Made by a program: the position numbers and the translations under genes
In this document: piece after piece, positions 20,658 to 31,469 of the stretch
How the letters are laid out: each line of letters opens with the position of its first letter
Position numbering within the stretch: the stretch's first letter is position 1
Origin: Candidatus Thorarchaeota archaeon
Lineage (GTDB): Archaea; Asgardarchaeota; Thorarchaeia; Thorarchaeales; Thorarchaeaceae
Length of the DNA stretch: 64,000 bases
Reading direction: 5' to 3'
Assembly: GCA_011364985.1 (NCBI GenBank)
Contig: RDOC01000004.1
Coordinates: 96,001 to 160,000 of the forward strand
The notes under the pieces: generated by a model
What the model was told of the DNA's origin: nothing
Databases searched by the model: none
Seen by the model: the letters and a program-made list of their open reading frames with translations, nothing else

Positions 20658-21965
20658 ATGTCTGAGCAGATTGAGTACATCGAGCTTCGATTTTCGGACA
20701 TATTAGGGCGCCTAAAGGCGATGATAATTCCATGCAAGGGAGCAGATACAATTGAAGAATTACGAAAAGACCCTGCTCTGAAAAAGGGCACAAGTCTTGA
20801 CGGCAGTTCGGTCACTGGCCTTGCATCAGTTGAGCTCTCAGACCTAAGATTGGTGCCGGATCCAAATTTCCTGTTTGAACTTCCGTATGCCGCTCGCCGG
20901 ACGGCTGCGGTAATGTGCTTTCTAAAAAGAAAGGGAGATGACCCAGACAGCGGTTTCAAGTATCAGAGGGATACGAGAGGAATTCTACATACAGTTTGCG
21001 AAGAATACCTTCCTGGCAAGATGCAGCTGAAAGTGAAAATTGAACCCGAATTTCATTTCATAACCTCAGATAGGAACGTCTTTGACACCGCTGGCTATGC
21101 GGACACATATCCCAGGAATTATGGTGGAGATGTGCTTTTAGAAATCGCTAGCGCCGTCAGAGAGATAGGAATGCAACCACGAGTTATACATCATGAGGCA
21201 GGTGAAGCCCAGCAAGAGATCGAGATAGATTATGTAGATTCGATAAGGATGGCAGATTTCATACTTACCTTCAAGAACTTGGCACAAACACTAGCATTAA
21301 GTCAGGAGATGGATGTGACATTCATGCCAAAACCCTTTGAAGGGGCAGCTGGAAATGGCCTTCACTGTCATCTCCAATTATGGGATGGAAATGCGAATCT
21401 CTTCGGCAGGAACGATGGAAACAGGCTCTCCGATATTGGAAGGAAGTTCATCGCTGGCCTGCTAAAACACGCAAAGGCAATTACTGCTATTGCCAATCCG
21501 TCCGTCAATTCGTATAAACGTCTGGTACCTCATCATGAAGCTCCGGTGTACATTACATGGGGATTCATGAATCGGACAGTTCTGGTCAGGGTTCCGCTAT
21601 TTGAAAAACCAGAGAAAGCTGCGGTAGAGCTCAGGTCACCGGACTCGATGGCGAACCCCTATCTTCTCTTTGCCGCAATCATCGCAGCTGGTATGGACGG
21701 CATAGAAAACGACCTCAGTCCTCCAGACCCAAGAAGCGAGGATATCTTTGCCCTTTCGGATGAAGAACGCATGTCGCTTGCCATTGAGAGCCTCCCTGCA
21801 AACCTAGGTGAGGCTTTGGAGGAACTCAAGAAGGATGAAGTCATCCGAAAGGCGCTGGGCAAAGAGATGGTCGATACTTATGTCAGAATAAAGCGCGATG
21901 AGTGGAGAGAGTACACAAACAGCATTGTGACATTGTGGGAATGGAAGAAATATCACTCCCACTAG
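20658..21965 (+). CDS. glnA: glutamine synthetase family protein (type I)
   Basis: DGSS, EPEF, HHE...Q.EI, FMPKP, GNGLHCH, NSYKRL, EAP, ELRSPD. Confidence 0.88.
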   Translation: MSEQIEYIELRFSDILGRLKAMIIPCKGADTIEELRKDPALKKGTSLDGSSVTGLASVELSDLRLVPDPNFLFELPYAARRTAAVMCFLKRKGDDPDSGFKYQRDTRGILHTVCEEYLPGKMQLKVKIEPEFHFITSDRNVFDTAGYADTYPRNYGGDVLLEIASAVREIGMQPRVIHHEAGEAQQEIEIDYVDSIRMADFILTFKNLAQTLALSQEMDVTFMPKPFEGAAGNGLHCHLQLWDGNANLFGRNDGNRLSDIGRKFIAGLLKHAKAITAIANPSVNSYKRLVPHHEAPVYITWGFMNRTVLVRVPLFEKPEKAAVELRSPDSMANPYLLFAAIIAAGMDGIENDLSPPDPRSEDIFALSDEERMSLAIESLPANLGEALEELKKDEVIRKALGKEMVDTYVRIKRDEWREYTNSIVTLWEWKKYHSH

Positions 21966-23128
21966 CGGTTACGGAAGAATCGAGATAATCTATCAAATGC
22001 CTCATCTACAGCTTCTGGTGTCAATGGGCCAATAGATAATCGGATATAACCCTCACCAGCGTCACCGAATATGCTTCCAGGGAGCACGAGGGTCTTCACG
22101 GATTGAAGGATGTCAAGTGTAAGTGCTCGAGAATCACTGCAATTGGCAACCTTGGGAAATAAGTAGAAAGTCCCAGCAGTCCTAGTGACATCAAGAGACT
22201 CAATCTCACGGATTCGAAGGTAGGCTAGATCTCTAAGGAGGCGTAGACGCTCATACTCAGTTTCAATTGACTCCAAATAACGCTTCAGTATCTCGTAGAC
22301 CAGAATTTGACCTGGAGTTGAAGCACATATCGTGACGGTGTCTTGGACTTTCATGAACTCCCTCATGAAGTTGTCGGGACCAAGAATATAGCCAACTCGC
22401 CAGCCACTCATTCCAAAGGACTTGCTGAAACTGCCAAGCACTATTACATGATCAGCAGCATCGTTCCGGGAACGGGGACTATAATGACTGGCGTTGTCAA
22501 AGACCAGACTGGCATAGGTCTCATCAGAAACCAGTAGTAATTCTCTCTCTATGCAGAGCCCAAGAACAGCATCCATGAAGTTCTCATCATAAACCGCCCC
22601 AGTTGGATTGTTAGGAGTAGCTAAGTAGATAGCCTTGGTCTTGTCGTCAACTGCGGATTCGATTTGCTCAAACTCAGGCTGAAAGCCTTTGGCTACTGGG
22701 ACCTCTGTAATATTGCCACCTGCTAACCGAATGGCCATAGCAGCATTGAAGTAGTAAGGAGAAGGCATTACAACGTTTTCATCTGGATTCAAAATAGTGA
22801 AAATCATACCTGCAAATCCCTGATTTGCACCGGCAGTTATTGCAATCTCGTTCATCGGGTCTGCACGGATTTTCCAGTTGCGATATAAATACAGAGACAA
22901 TTCTTCACGAAGCTCAAGGTGGCCTTGGTCAGGAGTATATCGATGCACGGATGGGTGCGTGATTCGGTCGCTCAACGCCTTCAGCGCACCAGCAGGAGGA
23001 AGGTGGCCAGGGAGACCTTGGCCCAGATTCAGGAACTCGGATGAACCAATATACTTCTGAGCTGCTTCGGAAAGCTTGACAATGGGCGGGTACATTATGT
23101 CTTCTGTACGAAATCTCATTGAAATCAC
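21962..23128 (-). CDS. PLP-dependent aminotransferase class I/II
   Basis: PNNPTG, SDETY, SFSKSFGMSGWRVG. Confidence 0.92.
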   Translation of the reverse strand: MISMRFRTEDIMYPPIVKLSEAAQKYIGSSEFLNLGQGLPGHLPPAGALKALSDRITHPSVHRYTPDQGHLELREELSLYLYRNWKIRADPMNEIAITAGANQGFAGMIFTILNPDENVVMPSPYYFNAAMAIRLAGGNITEVPVAKGFQPEFEQIESAVDDKTKAIYLATPNNPTGAVYDENFMDAVLGLCIERELLLVSDETYASLVFDNASHYSPRSRNDAADHVIVLGSFSKSFGMSGWRVGYILGPDNFMREFMKVQDTVTICASTPGQILVYEILKRYLESIETEYERLRLLRDLAYLRIREIESLDVTRTAGTFYLFPKVANCSDSRALTLDILQSVKTLVLPGSIFGDAGEGYIRLSIGPLTPEAVDEAFDRLSRFFRNR

Positions 23129-23243
23129 CGTGAAGAGGGAACAGTATTTCTATTTCCATGTGGCAAGAACGAGTTAAAGCAATATTGGCATAGGTGACGA
23201 CTAATTCAACTCAAGCTTAATATCGTGTTCCAGCGTCCTAGAA

Positions 23244-24038
23244 ATGGGTACTATGACTATGAATGAAGAATGTGAAGCCAAAGTACTGGGGTCACCAGAA
23301 GCCCAGGTCGTGCAGACAAAGGAAATGAAGATGAAGAAACCACTTCTGGTATGCTGCTTTCCGTCTGCAGGAGTTGTTGGAACAATTGCAGCAAATACGC
23401 TCATAGATCAGTTCAAGATGGACGAAATAGCTCATGTAAGATCCAGATACATGCCCTCAGCGGCGGTTTTTCTGGACGGCAGGTTAAGACATCCATTCAG
23501 GATTTACGGGTACAAGGAACGGAATCTTCTTGTTGTGACAACAGAGTTGCCAGTTATGGAAGAGGGAATGTATGTTGTCAGCTCTGCTCTACTGGACTGG
23601 GCAGCAGGATTGGGAGTACAGGAAACCGTGGTTCTTGATGGGATTCCTGTTCAAGGCATTCCAGCTGACCGCAAGGTGCTCTACGCCGCTGAGGAGCAGA
23701 AGATTGCAGATCTTGAAGAGGATGAGGACATGGAGATACTGAAGAAAGGAATAATCACAGGAATCGCCGGGTCTATCCTCTCAGAAACGCTATGCAGGGA
23801 CATGGTAGGATTTGCTCTCTTGACTCCTGCTATTCCAATCATGCCCGACCCGGAAGGAGCAATACAGCTGCTTAATGCACTCAACCGTCTTTATGGTGTT
23901 GGTGTAGATGTCAATGAGCTGGAGAAAAGCGCAGAGGAGATACGTCAGAAGATGGAGGAGATGGCACATCAAGTTGAGGGTATTCGACGACAGCAGCCAA
24001 GTATTCCATCCAGGTCCTATGAAAGGATGTACGCATGA
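23244..24038 (+). CDS. PAC2 family proteasome assembly chaperone
   Basis: FPSAGVVGTIAA, P.RIY, ITGIAGSIL, PDPEGA, L...AEEI; exact start uncertain. Confidence 0.85.
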   Translation: MGTMTMNEECEAKVLGSPEAQVVQTKEMKMKKPLLVCCFPSAGVVGTIAANTLIDQFKMDEIAHVRSRYMPSAAVFLDGRLRHPFRIYGYKERNLLVVTTELPVMEEGMYVVSSALLDWAAGLGVQETVVLDGIPVQGIPADRKVLYAAEEQKIADLEEDEDMEILKKGIITGIAGSILSETLCRDMVGFALLTPAIPIMPDPEGAIQLLNALNRLYGVGVDVNELEKSAEEIRQKMEEMAHQVEGIRRQQPSIPSRSYERMYA

Positions 24039-24079
24039 AGCATGTGACGCTTGAAAATGAAGTCAGCCTATGCATAGGC

Positions 24080-24643
24080 CTACTTGCTGCAAACGCAGGT
24101 ATCATAGGCTTCCTTTGCACCTAGAGCATTTCTTTCTCCAGTAGCGCCGGACCACCTGCTTTGTATGACGTTCTGTACGGTTTCCAGTTTGACAAGACCA
24201 GTAGCCTTTGCAAAAGCGCCAAGCATTGTAGTGTTCACAACTGGCAGCCCTGCGACTAAGAGTTTGTGCTTTAGCGCAATACCAGTTCCATCATAGGTAC
24301 ATATCCGTCCTCGTGGGAGGTCAACTTCGGAGGGATTCTTGTCGATATTGATTATTACAATGCCGTTCTCCTTGAGACCCTCGGTCACATCAGTGAGTTC
24401 AATAATGCTAGGGTCAAGAACCGCAACGATGTCAGGTTCGTAGATCTGACTTCGAACATTTATCGGCTCATGTGACATTCTTGTAAAGGCTTTCACAGGA
24501 GCTCCGCGGCGCTCAGCCCCGAAGTATGGAAAAGCCTGTACGCCCTCGTATCCATCAATATACGCAGCCTTGGCGAGGAGCTCTGCTGAGGTCACTCCGC
24601 CCTGTCCGCCTCTTCCGTGCCAGCGAATTTCTATCATAGGCAT
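24080..24643 (-). CDS. porG: pyruvate/2-ketoisovalerate:ferredoxin oxidoreductase gamma subunit
   Basis: EIRWHGRGGQG, FP.FGAERRGAPV, NTTMLGA. Confidence 0.9.
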   Translation of the reverse strand: MPMIEIRWHGRGGQGGVTSAELLAKAAYIDGYEGVQAFPYFGAERRGAPVKAFTRMSHEPINVRSQIYEPDIVAVLDPSIIELTDVTEGLKENGIVIINIDKNPSEVDLPRGRICTYDGTGIALKHKLLVAGLPVVNTTMLGAFAKATGLVKLETVQNVIQSRWSGATGERNALGAKEAYDTCVCSK

Positions 24644-24765
24644 TGGTTCTTGACTCCTATTGGTGCATGCAGTCAAGTTGGGGCGAACATCGGGGAAATA
24701 AAGGACTTTCGCTAAGACTATATGTGCAATGCCATTCATGCCTGTTATCCAGAGGAGTTAGGCAC

Positions 24766-25575
24766 ATGGAGGAATTCGTGAAAGCCAACCGCGATATGTG
24801 GGAAGACCAACTTGACATTCACAAGGATAGTAAGTTCTATGATGTTGAGAGCTTTCTACGAGGAAAACAGACTCTAGACCCAATAGAGCTAGAAGAGGTT
24901 GGCAATGTCGCTGGAAAGTCACTATTGCACCTCCAATGCCACTTTGGATTGGATACGCTCTCGTGGGCAAGATTAGATGCAGAAGTGACCGGCGTAGACT
25001 TCTCAAAGAAGGCAATAGCATTAGCTGAAAAGCTTGCAGACCAGATAGGAGTCAAGGCACGTTTCATCACATCAGACATTTACAAGTTGGGAGATGTGCT
25101 AGAGGAGGAATTTGATATAGTCTTTACTTCAGGTGGAGTATTGACTTGGCTACCAGACCTTAAGACATGGGGAGAAATAGCGGCACGTTACGTAAAGAGA
25201 GGCGGGTTCTTTTACATTCGGGAGTTCCACCCCTTCTCTCTTGTCTTTGATGATGAGAGAGAAGATGACAGTCTTGTGCTTCGCTATCCATATTTCTGCA
25301 GAGGTGAACCGATGGTCTTTCAAAACGACTCGACCTATGTGGACACCTCAAGAAAGATACCCATCAGGACCTCATATGAATGGCCCTACAGCCTCTCAGG
25401 CGTAATTAACGCTCTCATAGGCGCAGGACTAAGAATCAATTTCTTCAATGAGTTCTCCGTAACGACGTGGAAGCAAATGCCATTCTTGATAGAACGTGAT
25501 GACGGAAGGTGGATACTACCTTCACATCAGGATAGCATGCCCTTGATGTTCTCAATAAAGGCAACCAAGGAGTAA
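24766..25575 (+). CDS. class I SAM-dependent methyltransferase
   Basis: LLHLQCHFGLDTLS, GVDFS, FDIVFTS.G. Confidence 0.88.
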   Translation: MEEFVKANRDMWEDQLDIHKDSKFYDVESFLRGKQTLDPIELEEVGNVAGKSLLHLQCHFGLDTLSWARLDAEVTGVDFSKKAIALAEKLADQIGVKARFITSDIYKLGDVLEEEFDIVFTSGGVLTWLPDLKTWGEIAARYVKRGGFFYIREFHPFSLVFDDEREDDSLVLRYPYFCRGEPMVFQNDSTYVDTSRKIPIRTSYEWPYSLSGVINALIGAGLRINFFNEFSVTTWKQMPFLIERDDGRWILPSHQDSMPLMFSIKATKE

Positions 25576-25582
25576 GACGATT

Positions 25583-26950
25583 TCATTTCGCAAATCCCAA
25601 CGCCTTCAGAACTCCCTCAGCTGAATTTGCCGCCTGTTGAAGCCCAACGCCAGCTCCCGCAGTATCAGTGCCCACTATATAGAGTCCCTTGATTGGAGTT
25701 TCTGGTCCAGGTCGGTCAAGGTCCGTTTGTCCGGGAATCAATGCTGCCCGCGTAGCATAGGAGGATTGAACGTGTTCCATCTCAGTGTGCTCTAATACCT
25801 CTGGGTAGTACTTCTTCAGCCCATTCGCCTTGATCTGTTCAACAATCTCCTGTGGAGTCCGACCTTCTGGAAGTATGGCCGCAATTCCAAGGAGTTCCTT
25901 TCCTTCCGGAGCGCAGGATGGGTCGAATGAAGACAAGGAAATCAGCCAAGTCTCAGGTCGTGGATGCACTATCACCCTTGACTTCCTATCGCCAATCACA
26001 ATCTTATCAAGGCCAAGCCAGAGCGTTACACCACGTGTGAACAGCATATGATCCCAGTTTTGAAAGAACCTGATCGCCTCCGGTTTGTCGGATGTGACTA
26101 TCTTTGACATTGACCAGAGCGGAATATCACTCACAATTGTGGAGTGAACCAGTTCAACTCCAGATGCAGTCAAATTATGAACAGATCCATTATGTTCAGT
26201 AATCTTCTCAACTTCAGCATTCAGAACATAATCACCACTGATGGTATCTACAACTCTGTCAACTAGATGCTGCATTCCACCGATAGCGATTCCTTCATCA
26301 TACTCATCCGAACCGAAAAGCAGTTTCTTGGCAGAATCTAGTTTGCTGCTTTCCTTATCCGTGTCTCTAAGAGTGCGAAGAGACTCATATGCCGAGGCAC
26401 GGTCAATGGGAACACCAGCTGCCATGTAAATCGCACTCTGCATGACATCCAGCATGACCTGATTGGTGGCACCACGGGCACGCATGAACTTGAGAAAGGT
26501 AATATCCTTGTATTTCTGCATCTCTTCAAGCTTCATGGTTTTGATTTTTGCTCCGATCTTTGCCAAGCCAAGGCGTCCACGGGTGCCTGTGAGGGGCCAA
26601 CGAAGAGTCCCTCCGATGCTTGTTGGTATTGTGCCAACCTTGTCATGCACTCGGAAGAACCACCCTTCGTGTAGAACGAACTCTGGTACGGGGTCTAAGT
26701 AGTTTCGTAAGAACCTCGCAAAAGCACCACGCTTTACACGTGTGATGACATGAAGACCTTGGTCGACCCTGTAACCATCAACCCAGTAGCCATGCCACAC
26801 ACCTCCAAGTCGATTTTGCTTCTCAAGAATGAGGACCTTCTTACCTTTGCTGGACAAGGCCAAGGCAGTTAGAAGACTGCCAGCGCCTCCACCTGCAATA
26901 ATGACATCATAATTATGGGGGTCGACTTGGTTAATAGTGATTTCTTGCAT
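25583..26950 (-). CDS. FAD-dependent oxidoreductase (phytoene desaturase-like)
   Basis: DVIIAGGGAG...LEK...GG, D.G.H, GGM..L, DP..APEGK, GLYIVG. Confidence 0.85.
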   Translation of the reverse strand: MQEITINQVDPHNYDVIIAGGGAGSLLTALALSSKGKKVLILEKQNRLGGVWHGYWVDGYRVDQGLHVITRVKRGAFARFLRNYLDPVPEFVLHEGWFFRVHDKVGTIPTSIGGTLRWPLTGTRGRLGLAKIGAKIKTMKLEEMQKYKDITFLKFMRARGATNQVMLDVMQSAIYMAAGVPIDRASAYESLRTLRDTDKESSKLDSAKKLLFGSDEYDEGIAIGGMQHLVDRVVDTISGDYVLNAEVEKITEHNGSVHNLTASGVELVHSTIVSDIPLWSMSKIVTSDKPEAIRFFQNWDHMLFTRGVTLWLGLDKIVIGDRKSRVIVHPRPETWLISLSSFDPSCAPEGKELLGIAAILPEGRTPQEIVEQIKANGLKKYYPEVLEHTEMEHVQSSYATRAALIPGQTDLDRPGPETPIKGLYIVGTDTAGAGVGLQQAANSAEGVLKALGFAK

Positions 26951-27040
26951 AGTCTGGCTCAAAATCATCTGAAAATCAAACCTACTTAAGGGTGTCCGCA
27001 TGGCATTCTGAAATGAATGTTCAAGAGGGGCAAAGGAGTT

Positions 27041-28144
27041 CTACAGGAGGTCTATAATGCGTTTCCTATTAGATGATGCATAGGCCGCATCAACAATCCT
27101 GTGTGCTTCAATCGCATCCAGAAAATTCGGGCTGGGCTGTTCATCATTTCTTATGGAGTTCAGCAGGGAATAGCTTAATGCAGAATAGCGCTCCATGCCC
27201 ACAGCCGTAAGGGCGTCATATGCTGCTGAACCGATGTTCTTAGCGTGTACTCCCAGTTCTTCTAGCAGAGAGAGATTGGCGGTTTCAGCATGAACCCTAA
27301 CTGGAACTTGATCCTCCAATTGATAGTCGAGCCATGTCTTTCCCGATTCTAGAGTTACTCCAATATACCCTCTCTCAAAGAAGAACTCGATTACGCGCTC
27401 ACTTGAGCGGTCTACATTGTGCCATATGGAATCAAGCGTGCTTACAGCCCCATTCTCATGAGTAATGATGAGAGAAGCATGGTCCTCAATCTCGCGGCTT
27501 GAATAAAAGCCGATTTTTGCAAACACGTTCTTGGCTTCGCCGAAAAACCACCTGAATATATCAATATCATGGATACTATGTTCAATTAGTGTGCCGCCAC
27601 CTGCAACAGATTTGTCACCACGCCACCGAGAATAGTAACCATGGTCTATGGGATAGTGTTGGTCATCACGAATGTGGGCGAGCTTGGGCGGCCCAAAATC
27701 ATGGATGCCAATTAGACGTTTGGCATGAATGAGAAATTGATTATACCGCATTACAAGTCCAACGCCGGCCTTGATACCAGCATCTGATGCTACTGCATAC
27801 ATATCCTGAGCCTGAACGCAACTATGAGCGAGGGGCTTTTCGCAGAATATATTCTTTCCAGCAGTTGTGGCAGCCTTGACCATATCGATGTGTTTACTTG
27901 TTGGCGCGCAGATATAGACTAAGTCAACCGACCCATCAGCAACAAGGTCATTAAAGTCCTCATAGGTTTGTGGTACACTGAATAAATCAGAGGCTTGCAG
28001 CAGTGATTGAGGATCAATATCACAGATGGCAGCAATTTCCGCGTTAATCAGCCTTGCATCCAAAAGAGCAGTCAGGCTAGTAAGATGTGTCCGGCCAATA
28101 TTGCCGGTACCAATCAGCCCCACGCCGATTCGTCCTTTGTTCAA
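27041..28144 (-). CDS. Gfo/Idh/MocA family oxidoreductase
   Basis: GLIGTGNIG, CEKP, GGG.LIEHSIHDID. Confidence 0.9.
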   Translation of the reverse strand: MNKGRIGVGLIGTGNIGRTHLTSLTALLDARLINAEIAAICDIDPQSLLQASDLFSVPQTYEDFNDLVADGSVDLVYICAPTSKHIDMVKAATTAGKNIFCEKPLAHSCVQAQDMYAVASDAGIKAGVGLVMRYNQFLIHAKRLIGIHDFGPPKLAHIRDDQHYPIDHGYYSRWRGDKSVAGGGTLIEHSIHDIDIFRWFFGEAKNVFAKIGFYSSREIEDHASLIITHENGAVSTLDSIWHNVDRSSERVIEFFFERGYIGVTLESGKTWLDYQLEDQVPVRVHAETANLSLLEELGVHAKNIGSAAYDALTAVGMERYSALSYSLLNSIRNDEQPSPNFLDAIEAHRIVDAAYASSNRKRIIDLL

Positions 28145-28274
28145 AGGAATTCAACTACCAAGTGTTTCTTCACAAGCACGTATTTTAGTCTTATGAGAAC
28201 GCCAACTGCATTTTAGAGCGTACAATGAGATTTAATAAGAATCAACAGCCGAAGAGCTGCAAGGAGCAAATGAT

Positions 28275-30119
28275 TTGACATCTGCAGAAGACCTAGTGAG
28301 AAATGCAAGGAGTGCACTTCAAGAGGGGAATAGAAATGAGGCAGCGGAACTGATGAATAGAGCTGCCTCAATCTACGCAGATGAAGGGGACTATGAAACT
28401 GCAACCATACTCTACGAAAGAGCTGCACAGTTCTTCTGTGACACATATCAAGCTGAGAAGTGCTTTGTGGCCTTTGAAAATGCCACGCTGATGTTGGTCA
28501 GACAACCGTCGTCCTCTCAAACTCATGATCAAATCGTGAGAATTAACGAAGAAGCAGCAGATATCGCGTGCCGTGCAACCGAATTTCGACGCGCCGCCAA
28601 TTTTCTGTTTCGAGCTGCAGATTTTGCGGTGGATGACGAGAAGAAACGGCACCTCCAGACAAGAGCTGGTGACTGTCTGGAGAACGTAGCTGATACTCAC
28701 GAGGAGAGAGGTAATCTGGAAGAAGCAGTGGCTGTACTGAAGAAGGTAGGAAGGTTATACTACACAGTTGGTGACATCGAACTTGGTGAAAGAATCAGTA
28801 ACCGAGCAGCCAAGATAGCACTTCGATGGGCAAAGGATGCAAAGGGCAACAAGAACTACTTCTCAGCAGGCAGCGCCATGGCTGAGGCTGCTCAAATAAC
28901 TCACTCACTAGGCGATGCTCCTGAAGCCACGAGAATGATGATGGAAGCTGGAGAGCTGTACGAGGAGGCAGGCCACTTCGAAAGGGCAGGCAATATCTAT
29001 GACGCCGCACAAGAGGCCTATTCACTCCAACGTCTTACAACGGCACGTCGACAGGCCATGGCGAAAGCTGCTGAGGCATATCTGAAGATGGAAGGAACTC
29101 CCGAGGCTATAGCCCCGCTTCTGGTGAAAGGTGGAAACATGTTTCTTGAACTTGGTCGGGACATGAAGGCCAAATGGGCGTTCAAGAGGGCTAGTGAGTT
29201 CTTTAGTGAGCTCGCTGCGAAAGCCTCAGCAGAGGATGATATTGAATCCAAGATGAGATACCTCAGGTTTCAGGCCATGTCCTTGCGAAAATGGGGAAGG
29301 TTTGAAGACGCAGAAGATGTCTACCGTGAGGCCATTGAATACTACATTCATCAGGCACAAATCCATGAAGAAGAAGGAGAGAAAGAGGAACAGGCGATAT
29401 CATTCGAAGCAGTAGCGGAGGTTCTAGAAGAATCAGGTGACAAAGCAGAAGCAGTCGTTCAGCTTGAACGGGCTCTTGCCCTGTATGTTGAACTAGCTAA
29501 CGATTTCTCCTCGACGAACCAAAACGATGAAAGCTCCAAATTCTATAGCAAAGCCGCAGAATGCGCCAAGCGTCTTGGGAACACAGAGCAGAGTCTATCT
29601 TATCATGAAATAGCAAGTGACAAGGCAGAACTTGCAGCCAAATACTATGAGGAAATGGGTGTCAAGGAACTATCAACAATTTGGAAGCGTACAGCAGGCT
29701 TGGAAGCATTGAGAACAGAGAATAATGAGCGCATTGGAAAAGGAATTGACCTTTTGCAGCAATCAGCTGCAGGCTTCAAGGAGATTGAAGAGATGATGGA
29801 TTCCTTTGACGATCTCTTTGCAATCTTTGAAGCCCTCTTCCTCAACTATCCTGACGACCGTGATTCTATTTCCAAAACACTGATGGAAATGGATGATACT
29901 TCTCGAAAGACAGACGATGTGAGAATGGCAGCAATAATGTCTGTGATACATGCTGTTGAGAGCGGAAATCCCACTGCTGCTCTACTAGCTTTGCAAGAGC
30001 GAGAAGAGGAACTTCTGGATTTAAATGACCGACTGAGAGCGCTTATATCGCAGTCAAAGGTTGTTAGAAAGCCAGAAGATGTCAAAACAAAAGACAGCAC
30101 TCATTGGGCATATAGATAG
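28275..30119 (+). CDS. alpha-SNAP/TPR-like helical repeat protein
   Basis: Many A..Y..AA..(Y/F) repeats over about 550 aa. Confidence 0.7.
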   Translation: MTSAEDLVRNARSALQEGNRNEAAELMNRAASIYADEGDYETATILYERAAQFFCDTYQAEKCFVAFENATLMLVRQPSSSQTHDQIVRINEEAADIACRATEFRRAANFLFRAADFAVDDEKKRHLQTRAGDCLENVADTHEERGNLEEAVAVLKKVGRLYYTVGDIELGERISNRAAKIALRWAKDAKGNKNYFSAGSAMAEAAQITHSLGDAPEATRMMMEAGELYEEAGHFERAGNIYDAAQEAYSLQRLTTARRQAMAKAAEAYLKMEGTPEAIAPLLVKGGNMFLELGRDMKAKWAFKRASEFFSELAAKASAEDDIESKMRYLRFQAMSLRKWGRFEDAEDVYREAIEYYIHQAQIHEEEGEKEEQAISFEAVAEVLEESGDKAEAVVQLERALALYVELANDFSSTNQNDESSKFYSKAAECAKRLGNTEQSLSYHEIASDKAELAAKYYEEMGVKELSTIWKRTAGLEALRTENNERIGKGIDLLQQSAAGFKEIEEMMDSFDDLFAIFEALFLNYPDDRDSISKTLMEMDDTSRKTDDVRMAAIMSVIHAVESGNPTAALLALQEREEELLDLNDRLRALISQSKVVRKPEDVKTKDSTHWAYR

Positions 30120-30197
30120 GTGCAGATTGTCTCTTGTACCCCACGAAGAAAGACGCAAAAGGGAAGTAATCCTGCCTCAGAGTTAGGGTGATTTCAT

Positions 30198-30617
30198 TTG
30201 GGAACTCATCATCAATCAATCAGCTTTCAGACAAGAGGCGACTGCGACATTATTGATATTACTGAAAGGGTGGAGGAAATTGTTGAGAAGAGCAAATTCA
30301 GAAATGGAATCTGCACAGTATTTGTGCCGGGTTCAACTGCATCAGTTACTACAATAGAGTACGAAGATGGCCTGCTAAAGGATTTTCCCGATGCAATGGA
30401 CAGACTAGTGCCGGAGGACATTGTATATGAGCATCATCTTAGATGGAGAGATGGAAATGGTCATTCGCATATCAGATCTAGTATTCTGGGCCCAAGCATA
30501 GCAATACCGTTTGTGGATGGCAGATTGACTTTGGGCACATGGCAGCAGATTGTGTTGTGTGACTTCGATAACAGACCGCGCAGCAGAAAGGTCGAAGTCA
30601 TGTTGCTTGGTGACTAG
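30198..30617 (+). CDS. YjbQ/UPF0047 family protein
   Basis: HH....NGHSHIRS, LGTWQQI...DFD..PR.R. Confidence 0.9.
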   Translation: MGTHHQSISFQTRGDCDIIDITERVEEIVEKSKFRNGICTVFVPGSTASVTTIEYEDGLLKDFPDAMDRLVPEDIVYEHHLRWRDGNGHSHIRSSILGPSIAIPFVDGRLTLGTWQQIVLCDFDNRPRSRKVEVMLLGD

Positions 30618-30620
30618 GCA

Positions 30621-30944
30621 TCACAAGTCAACAGGCTCTGGAAGATCCCACTCGAGGTCCTTTAGACCGGCGGGAAGAGGCTCCGAATCCCGAATTTTGT
30701 ATGCAAGATAGTGGATTCTAAGAGAACGACGAAGCCGATGAATCTGAAATGGAGTATTCCATGCAGGATCGGGCTTCCGGTAGCCCAGCGTATCAACGAG
30801 GCCGCGAATCGTATCAAGTTCTCGCCGCACTTGTGCCTTAACATCTTCAAGGTCACGGTCTATTGTAAGAGCAGAACTCCCAGTCATTTCTAGTACCTCA
30901 AGAGAGCCAGTTCCCAAATCCATTAAACTAGGAGTATGACCCAA
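30621..30944 (-). CDS. hypothetical protein
   Basis: ORF co-oriented and abutting nob1. Confidence 0.5.
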   Translation of the reverse strand: MGHTPSLMDLGTGSLEVLEMTGSSALTIDRDLEDVKAQVRRELDTIRGLVDTLGYRKPDPAWNTPFQIHRLRRSLRIHYLAYKIRDSEPLPAGLKDLEWDLPEPVDL

Positions 30945-30947
30945 GTA

Positions 30948-31469
30948 TTACTCACTTGAGTGGACAGGTTTTCGCTTCGCCGGGACTCTTATCATGACGG
31001 TGCCACAAATTGGGCACTCTTCAACTTGAGAGATTTTTCTCTCGGCATGACCACAGGCAGGACACTTTCTCATCCAGATTATTTTATTTTTCATCCTTTT
31101 GTGTGGATCTAAGAAAGCCAATCCCAATTCCTCAGCCGTGTTAAGAACAGCCAAATCAGAAGAAACTACGACAACAGTGTCTCCAGCTACTTCTCTTGTC
31201 AGTGCCAAGGCTAGGAGTTGTATGTCAGTGTCGGACATGATATTGAGGTCACCAGTTCTTCTTGCTGCTTCTTCGATTTGAGTTGTCAAATGTGAATCAG
31301 GGGATTCTTCCAATATTCTACCGGTTGAAAGAAGCATATCAGCTCTCTGTTTACTAGGTCTATTTCTAAGCTCGTCCAGTATAGTGGGAGTTGTGATCAA
31401 TTTCAATTCGGGATTCTGCTGCGCCCATGTTGAAAGAAGTGCACTGGTATCTAGAACGTGAACTTTCAG
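30948..31469 (-). CDS. nob1: NOB1-like PIN endonuclease (rRNA maturation), probable CTG start
   Basis: The PIN motif (L)KVHVLDTSALL lies upstream of the listed ORF start; S.TD, SSD..V.N; C-terminal CPAC/CPICG. Confidence 0.85.
   Translation of the reverse strand: MKVHVLDTSALLSTWAQQNPELKLITTPTILDELRNRPSKQRADMLLSTGRILEESPDSHLTTQIEEAARRTGDLNIMSDTDIQLLALALTREVAGDTVVVVSSDLAVLNTAEELGLAFLDPHKRMKNKIIWMRKCPACGHAERKISQVEECPICGTVMIRVPAKRKPVHSSE

Noticed and set aside
25583-26950. Rab-GDI-like eukaryotic signature protein
   Set aside because: The motifs fit the widespread phytoene-desaturase-like FAD oxidoreductases; there is no specific GDI evidence.
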